Assembly (NCBI GenBank): GCA_963716255.1
Contig: OY970303.1
Coordinates: 1,536,001-1,600,000, forward strand
Direction: 5' to 3'
From: an uncultured Gemmatimonadales bacterium
GTDB lineage: Bacteria; Gemmatimonadota; Gemmatimonadetes; Longimicrobiales; Longimicrobiaceae
Length of the DNA stretch: 64,000 nucleotides
Below the pieces are notes generated by a model. The model was not told where the DNA came from. It was given only the letters and a program-made list of their open reading frames with translations, and did not search any database. Shown here piece by piece: positions 15,643 through 25,315 of this stretch. The stretch's first letter is position 1, and each line of letters starts with the position of its first letter. Both the position numbers and the translations under genes were made by a program.

Positions 15643-16877
15643 GCGGCGCGCAGAGCCGCGGGGTGGTGCTCTTCGTGGAAAGCAACACCAGCGGGACGGG
15701 GCGCATCTTCGTGCAGACCGCCCGCGCCATGGGGTACCGCCCGGTCCTGGTCACGGCGAAGCCGGAGAAGTACGCGTACCTGTCGCAGGAGGGGGCGCCC
15801 GAGGTGATCGCCGTCCCCCGGGTGGACGAGGACGAGCTGTACGCCCTGGTCCGCGAGCGCTTCGCGGGCGGCGCGGAGGTCGCCGGGATCACCTCCAGCT
15901 CCGAGTACTTCATCGCGACCGCGGCGGCGCTCGCGGCGCGCTTCGGCCTGGCGGGCCCGGAGGCGGCGAGCGTGCGCGCCGCGCGCGACAAGTCGCGCCA
16001 GCGCGAGGTGCTGGCCGCGGGCGGCGTGCCCACCCCCGCCTTCCGCGTGGCCACGTCCGCGGCGGACGCCGCGCAGGCCGCGGAAGAGATCGGGGTGCCC
16101 GTGGTGGTCAAGCCGGTGGGCGGGAGCGGGAGCGTGGGGGTGCGCGCGTGTGCCACCGCGGCGGAGGCCGCCGCGCACGCGGACGCCCTGCTGGCGCAGG
16201 CGGCCTCGCCCGCGGAGCGGCGGGTGCTGGTGGAGGCCATGGTCGAGGGCCCCGAGTTCTCGGTGGAGGTCTTTTCCGGGCGGGTGGTGGGGATCACCCG
16301 CAAGCACCTGGGCGCGCCGCCCTTCTTCGTGGAATCCGGGCACGACTACCCCGCCCCGGTCTCCGGCGACCTGGCCGCCACCCTCGCGGACACCGTGCGC
16401 CGCGCCACCGCGCTGCTGGGGCTGGGCTGGGGGCCGCTGCACTGGGAGCTCCGCGTGCAGGACGGCCGGGCGTTTCCCATCGAGGTGAACCCGCGCCTGG
16501 CGGGGGGCTTCATCCCCGAGCTGGTGCGCCACGCGCAGGGGATCGACCTGATCCGCGAGACGCTGCGCCTGGTGGTGGGCGAGACGCCGGAGCCGGAGGC
16601 CACCCGGCACCGGCACGCCTCCATCCGCTTCCTGTTCGCGCCCCGCCCGGGACGGCTGGACGCGGTGGAGGGAATGGAGGCCGCCCGCGCCGTGGAGGAC
16701 GTGGTGGACGTGGCGCTGTACCGCCGCCTCGGCGAGGAATTGACGGTGGAGGGCGACTTCCGGGACCGCATCGGCCACGTGGTCGCGTGCGCCGACGACT
16801 CCGGGGCGGCGTGCGCGGCGGCGGAGCGCGGCCAGGGCGCGGTGCGGTTCCGCGTCGCCGCGGGGGAAGCGGCCTGA
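15639..16877 (+). CDS. ATP-grasp ligase-like protein (resembles the N-terminal half of DabB)
   Basis: ATGA overlap; RDKSRQR, VVKPVGGSGSVGV, EGPEFSVE, IEVNPRLAGG. Confidence 0.88.
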   Translation: MSGAQSRGVVLFVESNTSGTGRIFVQTARAMGYRPVLVTAKPEKYAYLSQEGAPEVIAVPRVDEDELYALVRERFAGGAEVAGITSSSEYFIATAAALAARFGLAGPEAASVRAARDKSRQREVLAAGGVPTPAFRVATSAADAAQAAEEIGVPVVVKPVGGSGSVGVRACATAAEAAAHADALLAQAASPAERRVLVEAMVEGPEFSVEVFSGRVVGITRKHLGAPPFFVESGHDYPAPVSGDLAATLADTVRRATALLGLGWGPLHWELRVQDGRAFPIEVNPRLAGGFIPELVRHAQGIDLIRETLRLVVGETPEPEATRHRHASIRFLFAPRPGRLDAVEGMEAARAVEDVVDVALYRRLGEELTVEGDFRDRIGHVVACADDSGAACAAAERGQGAVRFRVAAGEAA

Positions 16878-18361
16878 TGGAGGACACCGGGCGGATCCGC
16901 AGGCCGCTGGACCGGCGCGCGCGGCAGGTCGTCTTCGGCGACCACGTGGAGCAGGCGATCCACGACGAGCTCCCCTTCTACGTCCGGATCGACCGGGCGC
17001 ACCTGGTGATGCTCCTGGAGCGGAGGATCCTCCCCCGCGAGGCCGGGCGGCGCCTCCTGGCCGTGATGGACGACCTGGTGGCGCGCGACTACGCGCCGCT
17101 GCGCGGACGCCCGGCGCCCCGCGGCCTGTACCTGCTGTACGAGAACTGGCTGGTGGAGACGCTGGGCGAGGAAGTGGGCGGCGCCGTCCACCTGGCCCGC
17201 TCGCGCAACGACATCAACGCCACCGTGCTGCGGCTGCGGCTGCGGGGGGCGTACCGCGCGCTGGTCCGCGAGACGCTGCGCCTCCTCGCCGTCCTGGTGC
17301 ACCGCGCCGGGCGGCACGCCCGGCTCACCATGCCGGTGTACACGCACTGGCAGCCGGCGCTCCCCGTCACCTACGGCCACTACCTGGCCGGGGTGGCGTC
17401 CGCCCTGGAGCGCGACCTGCGGGGGATCGAGGACGCCGCCGCGGAGCTGGACCGCTGCCCGCTGGGCGCCGGGGCCGCCGGGGGGACCACCATCCCCATC
17501 GACACGGAGCGCACCGCGCGCCTGCTGGGCTTCGCCGAGGGCGTGCGGCACTCGCTGGACGCCGTGGCCTCGCGCGACCTGGTGCTGCGGCTGCTCGCCG
17601 CGGCGGCGGTGCTGGGCGTCACCCTCAGCCGCCTCGCGACCGACCTGCAGCTGTGGAGCACCGCCGAGCTGGAGCTGGTGCGCTTCCCGGACGAGCTGGT
17701 GGGCTCCAGCTCCATGATGCCGCAGAAGCGCAACGCCTTCCTCCTGGAGCACGTCAAGGGGCGCGGCGGGGCGCCGCTGGGGGCCTTTTCCGCCGCGGCC
17801 ATGGCGATGCACGCCACCCCCTTCAGCAACTCGGTCGCCGTGGGGACGGAGGGGGTCAAGCCGCTGTGGGGCGCGCTGGCCGAGGTGACGGAGGCGACAC
17901 TCCTGGCGCGCCTGGTGGTCGCGGGCGCGCAGCCTCAGCCCGAGCGCATGCGGCGCAGGGCGGCGGAGGGATTCACCGCCGCCACCGAGCTGGCCAACCG
18001 CCTGGTGGCGGCGACGGGGATCTCCTTCCGCAGCGCCCACCACCGCGTGGGCGAGCTGGTCACCCGCGCGGCCGAGCGGGGGGAGTCGCTGGAGGAGGCG
18101 GCGGAGGGGCTCTTCCGCGAGCTGGGCCTCGCCGCGGACCCGGCGTGGGTGGACCCCGCGGCGGTCGCGGCGGCGGCGGAATACGGCGGCGGCCCCGGCG
18201 AGGCCTCGCTGGGACACGTGCTGGCGGAGCTGCGGCAGGGGTGGTCGGCCGCGGCGCGGCGCCTGGAAGCGCGCTCGCGGCGCTGGGAGGCGGGATCCCG
18301 CGACCTGGCGGACGCGGTCGCCGGGGTGCTGGGCGACGAGCCGCCGGAGGCCGCCGGCTAG
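16877..18361 (+). CDS. Argininosuccinate-lyase/fumarase-superfamily lyase (resembles the C-terminal half of DabB)
   Basis: TGATG overlap; RSRND, MPVYTHWQPA, signature GSSSMMPQKRN, FRSAH. Its stop overlaps the convergent cysNC stop. Confidence 0.88.
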   Translation: MEDTGRIRRPLDRRARQVVFGDHVEQAIHDELPFYVRIDRAHLVMLLERRILPREAGRRLLAVMDDLVARDYAPLRGRPAPRGLYLLYENWLVETLGEEVGGAVHLARSRNDINATVLRLRLRGAYRALVRETLRLLAVLVHRAGRHARLTMPVYTHWQPALPVTYGHYLAGVASALERDLRGIEDAAAELDRCPLGAGAAGGTTIPIDTERTARLLGFAEGVRHSLDAVASRDLVLRLLAAAAVLGVTLSRLATDLQLWSTAELELVRFPDELVGSSSMMPQKRNAFLLEHVKGRGGAPLGAFSAAAMAMHATPFSNSVAVGTEGVKPLWGALAEVTEATLLARLVVAGAQPQPERMRRRAAEGFTAATELANRLVAATGISFRSAHHRVGELVTRAAERGESLEEAAEGLFRELGLAADPAWVDPAAVAAAAEYGGGPGEASLGHVLAELRQGWSAAARRLEARSRRWEAGSRDLADAVAGVLGDEPPEAAG

Positions 18362-20271
18362 GCGGACCCCGCCCCGCGCAGGATCCCGTCCGCGCGCAGC
18401 CGCTCCAGCACGGCGCCCACCAGCTCCTCCACCCCGTGCTCCCCCGTCCGCAGCACCATCTCCGGGGCCGGCGGCGGCTCGTACGGGCTGGTCACCCCGG
18501 TGAAGTGCGGGACCTCGCCGCGCAGGGCCCCGGCGTACAGCCCCTTGGTGTCGCGCCGCCGCAGGACGTCCAGCTCCGCGTCCACGAACAATTCCAGGAA
18601 GCGCCCCTCCGGGAACAGGGCGCGCACCGCGTCGCGGTCCTCGCGGAAGGGGGACACGAAGGCGCACAGCACGATGCTCCCCGCCTCGAAGAAGAGCCGC
18701 GCCACCTCGCCCGCCCGCCGCACGTTCTCCCGCCGGTCCTCCCTGCCGAAGCCCAGGTCGGCGCACAGCCCGTGGCGGAGCTGGTCGCCGTCCAGCAGCA
18801 TGGTCCGGCACCCCCGCGCGAACAGCTCCCGCTCCACCGCCCGGGCCAGGGTGCTCTTCCCCGCCCCGGACAGCCCGGTGAGCCAGAGCACCGCGGCCCC
18901 GTGGCCGCTCTGCGCCTCGCGCTCGGCGCGGGGGACGTTCCAGTCCTCCCACACCACGCCCGGCGACGCGGCCGGCGGATCCTCGCGGACCTCGCGCGGC
19001 TCGCCGCGGATCATCCCCGCCGCCACGGTGAGGTGGGTGTGCGGGTCCACCAGGATGAAGCTCCCGGTGGCGCGGTTCCGGTCGTACGGGTCGAAGAAGA
19101 GCGGCCCGGCGGTGGTGACCTCCACCCGCCCGATTTCGTTGAGCCCGAGCGTGGGCGCCTCCTCGCGGTGCAGCGTGTCCACGTCGATGCGGTACACCAC
19201 CTCGCTTACGAACGCCCGCAGCTCCCGGGTGGCGTGCATCAGCACGTACGAAGTGGAGCGGTCCAGCGGCTTCTCGTCCATCCAGCAGAGGACCGCGTCC
19301 ACCCGGCTCGCCGCGGTGGGGAGGTTGCGACGGCGCACCAGCATGTCGCCGCGGCCCACGTCCACGTCGTCCTCCAGCGTGACCACCACGGAGTCGCCCG
19401 CCACCGCCTCGGGGAGGGGCCCGGCCGGGGTGTCGATGGCGCGCACCCGGCTGGCGGCGCCGCCCGGCAGCACCACCACCTCCTCGCCCGGGCGGAGTGT
19501 GCCGGAGGCGAGCCGGCCGGCGAGCCCCCGGTAGTCCTGGTGCGGGCGGATGACGTACTGCACCGGGAAGCGGAAGTCCACCAGGTTGCGGTTCGCCCCG
19601 GCGTGGGCGGTTTCCAGCAGGTGCAGCAGCGTCCCCCCCTCGTACCACGGCATGCTCCCGCTCTTTTCCACCACGTTGTCGCCGTGGAGCGCGGAAACGG
19701 GGACGAACGCCAGGTCCTGCACGTCCAGCTTCTGCGCGAACTCCTGGTAGTCGCGCACGATCTGCGCGTACGCCTCCTCGGACCAGTCCACCAGGTCCAT
19801 CTTGTTGACCGCCACCACCACGTGGGGAATGCGCAGCAGCGAGGCGATGAAGCCGTGGCGCCGGGACTGGGTGAGCACTCCCTTGCGTGCGTCCACCAGC
19901 ACGACGGCCAGGTCGGCGGTGCTCGCCCCGGTCACCATGTTGCGGGTGTACTGGAGGTGCCCCGGCGTGTCGGCGATGACGAGCTTGCGCCGCGGCGTGG
20001 CGAGGTAGCGGTACGCCACGTCGATGGTGATGTTCTGCTCCCGCTCGGCGCGCAGCCCGTCGGTGATCAGCGCCAGGTTGACGTACGCCTCGCCGCGCTG
20101 CCGGCTGGTGCGCTCCACCGCCTCCAGCTGGTCCTCGGTGAGGCTGCGGGTGTCGTACAGGAGCCGCCCGATGAGGGTGGACTTGCCGTCGTCCACGCTC
20201 CCGGCGGTGCTGACGCGCAGCAGGTCGGTGGCGGCGTACGGGTCGAGGGCGGGGCTGGCGGTGTCGCTCAT
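18358..20271 (-). CDS. cysNC: Bifunctional sulfate adenylyltransferase subunit 1 / adenylyl-sulfate kinase
   Basis: GSVDDGKSTLIGRLL, AEREQNITIDVAYRY, DTPGH, NKMD; APS-kinase part WLTGLSGAGKST, LDGD, FVSPF. Confidence 0.95.
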   Translation of the reverse strand: MSDTASPALDPYAATDLLRVSTAGSVDDGKSTLIGRLLYDTRSLTEDQLEAVERTSRQRGEAYVNLALITDGLRAEREQNITIDVAYRYLATPRRKLVIADTPGHLQYTRNMVTGASTADLAVVLVDARKGVLTQSRRHGFIASLLRIPHVVVAVNKMDLVDWSEEAYAQIVRDYQEFAQKLDVQDLAFVPVSALHGDNVVEKSGSMPWYEGGTLLHLLETAHAGANRNLVDFRFPVQYVIRPHQDYRGLAGRLASGTLRPGEEVVVLPGGAASRVRAIDTPAGPLPEAVAGDSVVVTLEDDVDVGRGDMLVRRRNLPTAASRVDAVLCWMDEKPLDRSTSYVLMHATRELRAFVSEVVYRIDVDTLHREEAPTLGLNEIGRVEVTTAGPLFFDPYDRNRATGSFILVDPHTHLTVAAGMIRGEPREVREDPPAASPGVVWEDWNVPRAEREAQSGHGAAVLWLTGLSGAGKSTLARAVERELFARGCRTMLLDGDQLRHGLCADLGFGREDRRENVRRAGEVARLFFEAGSIVLCAFVSPFREDRDAVRALFPEGRFLELFVDAELDVLRRRDTKGLYAGALRGEVPHFTGVTSPYEPPPAPEMVLRTGEHGVEELVGAVLERLRADGILRGAGSA

Positions 20272-20335
20272 GGGCGGTGTCGTACCGGGTCCGGCGGGAT
20301 CGGGATGGAGAACGGCTTCTCGAACGGCTGGTTTT

Positions 20336-20464
20336 GGGCGTGACCCCGGCTGGCGCCGGGGTCGGGCTTCGGCTCCGTAGGCGAGCAAACAACGCTCGCC
20401 AACGGAGTCGAGCCCCCGCAAACTGCCGCGGGGTCTCGCCCCTTCGGGCCGGAATCCCTCACGC
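20336..20464 (+). repeat. Structured ~130-nt intergenic repeat, copy 1
   Basis: GGGCGTG...GGGGTCGGGCTTCGGCTCCGT...AAACAAC...ACGGAGTCGAG...GTCTCGCCCCTTCGGGCC..ATCCCTCACGC, between cysD and cysNC. Confidence 0.9.
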
Positions 20465-20554
20465 GGGCGTTGCGCTGGCGTCCGCAGGTTCGGGGATCCT
20501 CGTCTTCGGCGCCCTGCCGATTCCCGGAGGAGCCTGGCCCGCACGGATTTCGTG

Positions 20555-21520
20555 TCAGAAGTATCCCAGCCGCTTGCGGTCTTCCATGGCGGTGTCGCCG
20601 CGGCGGTCGTCGCTGCGCCCGCCGCGCTCGGCGATGCGCGCGGCGGCCACCTCGCGGACGACCTCGTCCACCGTCGCCGCGCCGCTCTCCCACACCCCGG
20701 TGCAGGTCAGGTCGCCCACGGTGCGGCAGCGGACGCGCAGGCGCACCGGGGTCTCGCCCGGGAGCGGCCGGTTGTGCTCGCCCACGGCCAGCAGGACCCC
20801 GTCGCGGCGCACGACCTCGCGCTCGTGCGCGAAGTACAGGCCGGGAAGGGCGATCCCTTCGGCGGCGATGTACTGCCACACGTCCAGCTCGGTCCAGTTG
20901 GAAAGGGGAAAGACGCGGAAGTGCTCGCCGTGACCCTTGCGCCCGTTGAACAGGTTCCACAGCTCGGGCCGCTGGTTCCTGGGGTCCCACTGCCCGAAGG
21001 CGTCGCGGTGGCTGAAGAACCGCTCCTTGGCGCGGGCCTTTTCCTCGTCGCGCCGCCCCCCGCCGAACGCGGCGTCGGCGCGCAGCTCCCGGAGCGCGTC
21101 CAGCAGGGTGACGGTCTGGAGGGCGTTGCGGCTGGGGTTGGGGCCGGGCTCCTCGCGGCAGCGCCCCCGGTCGATGGAGTCCTGGACGGTGCGCACCAGC
21201 AGCTCGCACCCCACCTCGGCGGCGAGCCGGTCGCGGAACTCGATGGTCTCCGGGAAGTTGTGGCCCGTGTCGACGTGCAGGAGCGGGAAGGGGAAGCGCC
21301 CCGGCCAGAACGCCTTGCGGGCCAGGTGCACCATGACGATGGAGTCCTTGCCCCCCGAGAACAGGAGCACCGGGCGCTCGAACTGCCCGGCCGCCTCGCG
21401 CATCACGTACACGGCCTCGCTCTCCAGCTGGGCCAGGTGGCCCTTGCGGTACGAGGAGCGGGCGACGGGATCGGGGTCGTGCGCGGCGGCGGCGGGGATG
21501 GGCTCGGGGTCGTGCGACAT
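20555..21520 (-). CDS. cysD: Sulfate adenylyltransferase subunit 2
   Basis: LESEAVYVMRE, FSGGKDS, HVDTGHNF, GGGRRDEEKARAKER, QRPELW, RVFPLSNWTE, MEDRKRLGYF. Confidence 0.95.
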   Translation of the reverse strand: MSHDPEPIPAAAAHDPDPVARSSYRKGHLAQLESEAVYVMREAAGQFERPVLLFSGGKDSIVMVHLARKAFWPGRFPFPLLHVDTGHNFPETIEFRDRLAAEVGCELLVRTVQDSIDRGRCREEPGPNPSRNALQTVTLLDALRELRADAAFGGGRRDEEKARAKERFFSHRDAFGQWDPRNQRPELWNLFNGRKGHGEHFRVFPLSNWTELDVWQYIAAEGIALPGLYFAHEREVVRRDGVLLAVGEHNRPLPGETPVRLRVRCRTVGDLTCTGVWESGAATVDEVVREVAAARIAERGGRSDDRRGDTAMEDRKRLGYF

Positions 21521-21775
21521 CGGGACGGGCGGAACGGGGAGGAGGGCCGGGACGGCGTTCACGGCAACGGAAGGTCGCCCCGGTGCGGCTCCCGCGCAAG
21601 CGGGCTGTCCGCTCGCGCGGCCCTCGCCCGGCGCCCCCATCGTACACGACCCATCGCCAGATTCGAGCGAGCCGAAGCTGCTCCTGCTCCGACCCTGGAA
21701 GCCTGGTTGACATGGAATGAATTTAGTCGTTTATTACGCGTAGATATTCGGCCACCCTGGATGTGGAGATTTGAG

Positions 21776-22309
21776 ATGAAGATGAGAAAGAGCGGGGGAT
21801 GGGCAGGAATCTTCGCCGCGGCACTGCTTGTCGCGGGCCTGGCTGCGTGCGAAACGCCGTCGGCTGTCGAACCCGCGAGCCTGGCAGCATCTCAGGACGG
21901 GACCCGATCCTTCGAGGGGTCCGTGGACACAGGCGAGGTTTCCAGCGGCGACACACTGCGCACCGTCGATGAGCCCGTTGCGACCGACACTGCGGTTGCC
22001 GGGGCAGCGAACGCTCAGATCTGGCCCGGGCCGCCTTCGGGTCACTGGAGGCCGACCATCGTCCGCGAGGGTGGAGCGATCGACGTGGTGGCTTCCGGTA
22101 CGGAATACGTCTATCGTGTGCCGGTAGGCAGTCTCGTCCTGGGGCCGTACCCGGAGGTCGACCCCGTCACAGGCAAATTGTACCTCCACTACAAGATCTA
22201 TCTCCCCAACGGCGACCTGATCCACCTCATCTGGGATGAGACGGAGAACTGGACCAAGGTGTTCACGAAGTCGCGTGCAGAGATGGAGAGAAGCAAAGCG
22301 ACTGGCTGA
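21776..22309 (+). CDS. Hypothetical lipoprotein
   Basis: GGAG RBS, basic N-terminus, hydrophobic stretch and lipobox LAAC. Upstream TTGACA at 21707 and a downstream terminator; visibly lower GC than flanks. Confidence 0.7.
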   Translation: MKMRKSGGWAGIFAAALLVAGLAACETPSAVEPASLAASQDGTRSFEGSVDTGEVSSGDTLRTVDEPVATDTAVAGAANAQIWPGPPSGHWRPTIVREGGAIDVVASGTEYVYRVPVGSLVLGPYPEVDPVTGKLYLHYKIYLPNGDLIHLIWDETENWTKVFTKSRAEMERSKATG

Positions 22310-22326
22310 CGCGGCTGAATGGAGTC

Positions 22327-22363
22327 AAAGGCTGGTGTCCCCGGGTAGGGATGCCAGCCTTTT
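22327..22363 (+). terminator. Intrinsic terminator after the lipoprotein gene
   Basis: AAAGGCTGGTGTCCC...GGGATGCCAGCCTTTT hairpin ending in a T tract. Confidence 0.65.
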
Positions 22364-22463
22364 CGTTTCGATGGGAGTGTCACGGCGTCCCTTCCCTCGC
22401 TTGCGGGGGAGGGGTGGCGCGCAGCGCCGGGGGGGGGCCCCTCCGAACGCCAGCGCGATGCCC

Positions 22464-22592
22464 GCGTGAGGGATTTCGGCCCGAAGGGGCGAGACCCCGC
22501 GGCAGTTTGCGGGGGCTCGACTCCGTTACGCACGGTTGTTTCGTGCGTTACGGAGCCGAAGCCCGACCCGAGCGCCAGCGAGGGGCACGCCC
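22464..22592 (-). repeat. Structured intergenic repeat, copy 2
   Basis: Reverse-complement match to copy 1; inner hairpin CGCACG-AAACAAC-CGTGCG. Confidence 0.9.
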
Positions 22593-22625
22593 AAAACCAG
22601 CAGTTCAAAGCCCTTCCACACGATC

Positions 22626-23654
22626 TCACACCACGAACACCTTAACTCGCTGGATGCAGTTGTTCCCGTAGCCCAGCGAGTTGACCACCGGCGCCATGGG
22701 CTGCTCGTTCCCCGCCGCGTCCGCGGCCCGGGCCAGCAGCGCGAACTCGCCGCGGCGGGGAGGATGCCAGGCCAGCCGCCAGGGCGCGGCGGCGTGCGGC
22801 GACGGCGGCGTGCCCAGCTCGGCGGCGGCCCAGGTGGCACCGTCGTCCGCGCTCACCTCCACCCGCGCGACGGGGGCGGCGCCGGACCAGGCGATCCCCC
22901 GGACCTCCACCGGGCCCAGGGGCACCGCGGCGCCGTCTTCCGGGGAGGCGACCAGCGAGCGGACGCGGGCCCGGGTGACCGGAGTCCCGTCCGGCGTCCC
23001 GGCCTCCCCGACGTACAGGTACTGCTCGGCCTGGAAGTGCCCCCGGAAGGGCTCCGGCAGCACCCGCAGGGCGGCCAGCCACTTCACCGAGGCCATCCCG
23101 TACCACCCCGGCACCACCAGGCGCAGCGGGAAGCCGTGCGCGGCGGGAAGCGGCTCGCCGTTCATCTCCCAGGCGAGGAGCGCGCCGCCCTCCAGGGCGA
23201 CGGCGAGCGGGAGGCTGCGGGCGTAAAGTTCCTCGCGGCCGGGGCCCACGGGCCCGCGGTCGGCGCCCTCGAAGAGCACTTCCACGGCGGCGGGCCCGGG
23301 GCCGGCCCGCTCCAGCACGTCGCGCAGGGGGACGCCGGTGAAATCGGCGGTGCTCACGGCGGCCAGACCCCACGGGGTGCCGGAGGGGACGGGCCGCATC
23401 AGGCTGCGCCCGTTGCCGGCGCACTCCAGCGTCACCGCCAGCGTCCGGCGCGGCATCGCCCGCAGCTCGGCGAGCGGCAGCGCGAGCGGCCTCGCCACCT
23501 CGCCCTCGACGCGCAGGCGCCACGCGGCGGCGTCCACCCGGGGCACCGGGAAGTGGCTGCGCCGGTAGAAGTGCGGCGTGGGGGTGAGCGGGGCCGCGAG
23601 GGCGGCGAGGGGCGCCTCGCGGTTCAGGGGATCCGGTGTTCCGTCTGGGGTCAT
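22626..23654 (-). CDS. Sulfite-oxidase-family molybdopterin oxidoreductase
   Basis: TPTPHFYRRSHF, LECAGNGR (Mo-ligand Cys), YARSLP, MNGEPLPAAHGFPLRLVVPGWYG, VKWL; no signal peptide evident. Confidence 0.9.
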   Translation of the reverse strand: MTPDGTPDPLNREAPLAALAAPLTPTPHFYRRSHFPVPRVDAAAWRLRVEGEVARPLALPLAELRAMPRRTLAVTLECAGNGRSLMRPVPSGTPWGLAAVSTADFTGVPLRDVLERAGPGPAAVEVLFEGADRGPVGPGREELYARSLPLAVALEGGALLAWEMNGEPLPAAHGFPLRLVVPGWYGMASVKWLAALRVLPEPFRGHFQAEQYLYVGEAGTPDGTPVTRARVRSLVASPEDGAAVPLGPVEVRGIAWSGAAPVARVEVSADDGATWAAAELGTPPSPHAAAPWRLAWHPPRRGEFALLARAADAAGNEQPMAPVVNSLGYGNNCIQRVKVFVV

Positions 23655-23749
23655 GGGGCGGGCGAAGGGGTCGGGCGCGAAGGGCGGACGCACGGGGTCT
23701 CCATCCTGAGCAGATCCCGTTCCCGGCCGCCCGCACAGGTTCCGCCAGG

Positions 23750-23779
23750 TTGACAAGCCGGCGGGGGAGCCGCCATCAT
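23750..23779 (+). promoter_or_regulatory. Candidate promoter of the GT4-GT2-UbiA operon
   Basis: Perfect TTGACA, 18-nt spacer, CATCAT; GGAGG RBS before ATG 23848. Confidence 0.35.
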
Positions 23780-23847
23780 CTAGGGTTCGACAACGAACAT
23801 ACGAGGTCGCCCTGCGGCATCGGACAACCGGAGGGAACGACCGGCGC

Positions 23848-25281
23848 ATGAAGATCTTGATCACGGTCCACCAGTTCCTCCCGGAATTTTCCACGGGGAC
23901 CGAGGTGATCGCGCTGGGGATCGCGAAGGAGCTCCGGGACCGCGGCCACGACGTCCTGGTGGTCACGGGGTTCCCCGACCCTGGCCGGGTGCCGGACGCG
24001 GCGCGGTTCGACCGCTACGTCCACGACGGCATCGCCGTGGAGCGCTTCCGCCACTCGCCGCACCCCATGGGAGAGCAGCGGGTGGTGACGGAGCTGGCGT
24101 ACGACAATCGGCTGTTCGCCGGCGCGTTTGGCAAGCTTCTGGACCGGTTCGAGCCGGACCTGGTGCACTTCGTCCACCTGTCGCGCCTTTCCGCTTCGCT
24201 GATCGGGCCCTGCGTGGAGCGGGGGATCCCCACCGTCTTCACCGCGACCGACTTCTGGGCCGTCTGCCCGTTCAGCCAGCTCCGGCTGGCGGACGATTCC
24301 ATGTGCGCGGGCCCGGACCCCTCCGGCTTCAACTGCGTGCGGCACCTCCTGGACGCCGCCGGCGCCCGCCCAAGCTCGCTGGTGGGGCTGGCGAGGCGCG
24401 CGCCGGACTGGATGCTGGGCCTGGGGGTGCGCGCCGCGGGGATCCCGCTCCCGGTGGCGCCGCCCTTTCTCCGCGAGGTGCGGGCGCTGGTGGGGCGGCA
24501 GTCCTTCGTGCGCGAGCAGCTGGGCCGGGTGGACCGGGTGCTGGCCCCCTCGCGGATCATGGAGCGCACGCTCGCCGCGGGCGGCATCGCCCCGGGGCGG
24601 GTGCGCTTCCTGCCCTACGGGATCCGCACGGAGGGGATCGCGCGCTCGGCGGACCGCGGGAGCCGGCCGACCCTCCGGCTGGGGTTCGTGGGGAGCCTGA
24701 CCGAGCACAAGGGGCTGGCGACGGCGGTGCGGGCGGTGCGCCTGCTGGACCCCGCCCTCCCGGTGGAGCTGGACGTCCACGGCGCTCCGGGGGACAGCCC
24801 CGCGGGCCGGGACTTTTACGCGGCCGTGCAGTCGCTCGCCGGGCCGGACGCGCGCATCCGCTTCCGCGGGCGCTTCGACAACCGGCGGGTGGGCGAGGTG
24901 CTGGCGTCGCTGGACGCGCTGGTGGTGCCCTCGCTGTGGCACGAGAACACGCCGCTGGTGGTGTACGAGGCGTTCGCGGCGGGATGCCCGGTGATCGCCT
25001 CCGACGTGGAGGGGATCGCGGAGGTGGTCCGCCACGAGGTGGACGGGCTGCTCTTCGCGCGCGGGGACGCCGCCGCGCTCGCGGCCTGCATGCGGCGCGC
25101 GGCGGAGGACCGCGCGCTGCTCGGGCGCCTCGCCCGGGAGACGCGTGCGCCGCTCTCGGTGGGCGAGCACGTGGACCGCCTGGAGGCGGTGTACGGCGAG
25201 CTCGTACCGGCAAGCTCCGCGAAGCGCCGCCCGGCGCGGCGGGCGGAGAGCCGGCCCGCCGCGGAGTGCCCGCGGCCATGA
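23848..25281 (+). CDS. Glycosyltransferase family 4 (GT-B)
   Basis: MKILITVHQFLP..TGTE, PDLVHFVH, FVGSLTEHKG, PSLWHENTPLVVYEA (EX7E motif). Confidence 0.9.
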   Translation: MKILITVHQFLPEFSTGTEVIALGIAKELRDRGHDVLVVTGFPDPGRVPDAARFDRYVHDGIAVERFRHSPHPMGEQRVVTELAYDNRLFAGAFGKLLDRFEPDLVHFVHLSRLSASLIGPCVERGIPTVFTATDFWAVCPFSQLRLADDSMCAGPDPSGFNCVRHLLDAAGARPSSLVGLARRAPDWMLGLGVRAAGIPLPVAPPFLREVRALVGRQSFVREQLGRVDRVLAPSRIMERTLAAGGIAPGRVRFLPYGIRTEGIARSADRGSRPTLRLGFVGSLTEHKGLATAVRAVRLLDPALPVELDVHGAPGDSPAGRDFYAAVQSLAGPDARIRFRGRFDNRRVGEVLASLDALVVPSLWHENTPLVVYEAFAAGCPVIASDVEGIAEVVRHEVDGLLFARGDAAALAACMRRAAEDRALLGRLARETRAPLSVGEHVDRLEAVYGELVPASSAKRRPARRAESRPAAECPRP

Positions 25282-25315
25282 CCCCCTTTCGCCACCGCAC
25301 CCCCGCACCCGTTCC

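Noticed and set aside
12541..18361. Housekeeping argF / cysK / argH annotation
   Set aside because: Divergent substrate motifs (HDLP, SRWQEMG, LMKLLPAR) and coupling to a GHMP kinase and ATP-grasp beside an NRPS favour secondary metabolism.
20272..20544. N-terminal extension of CysNC in the ORF track
   Set aside because: It reads through the structured repeat; homology starts just after ATG 20271.
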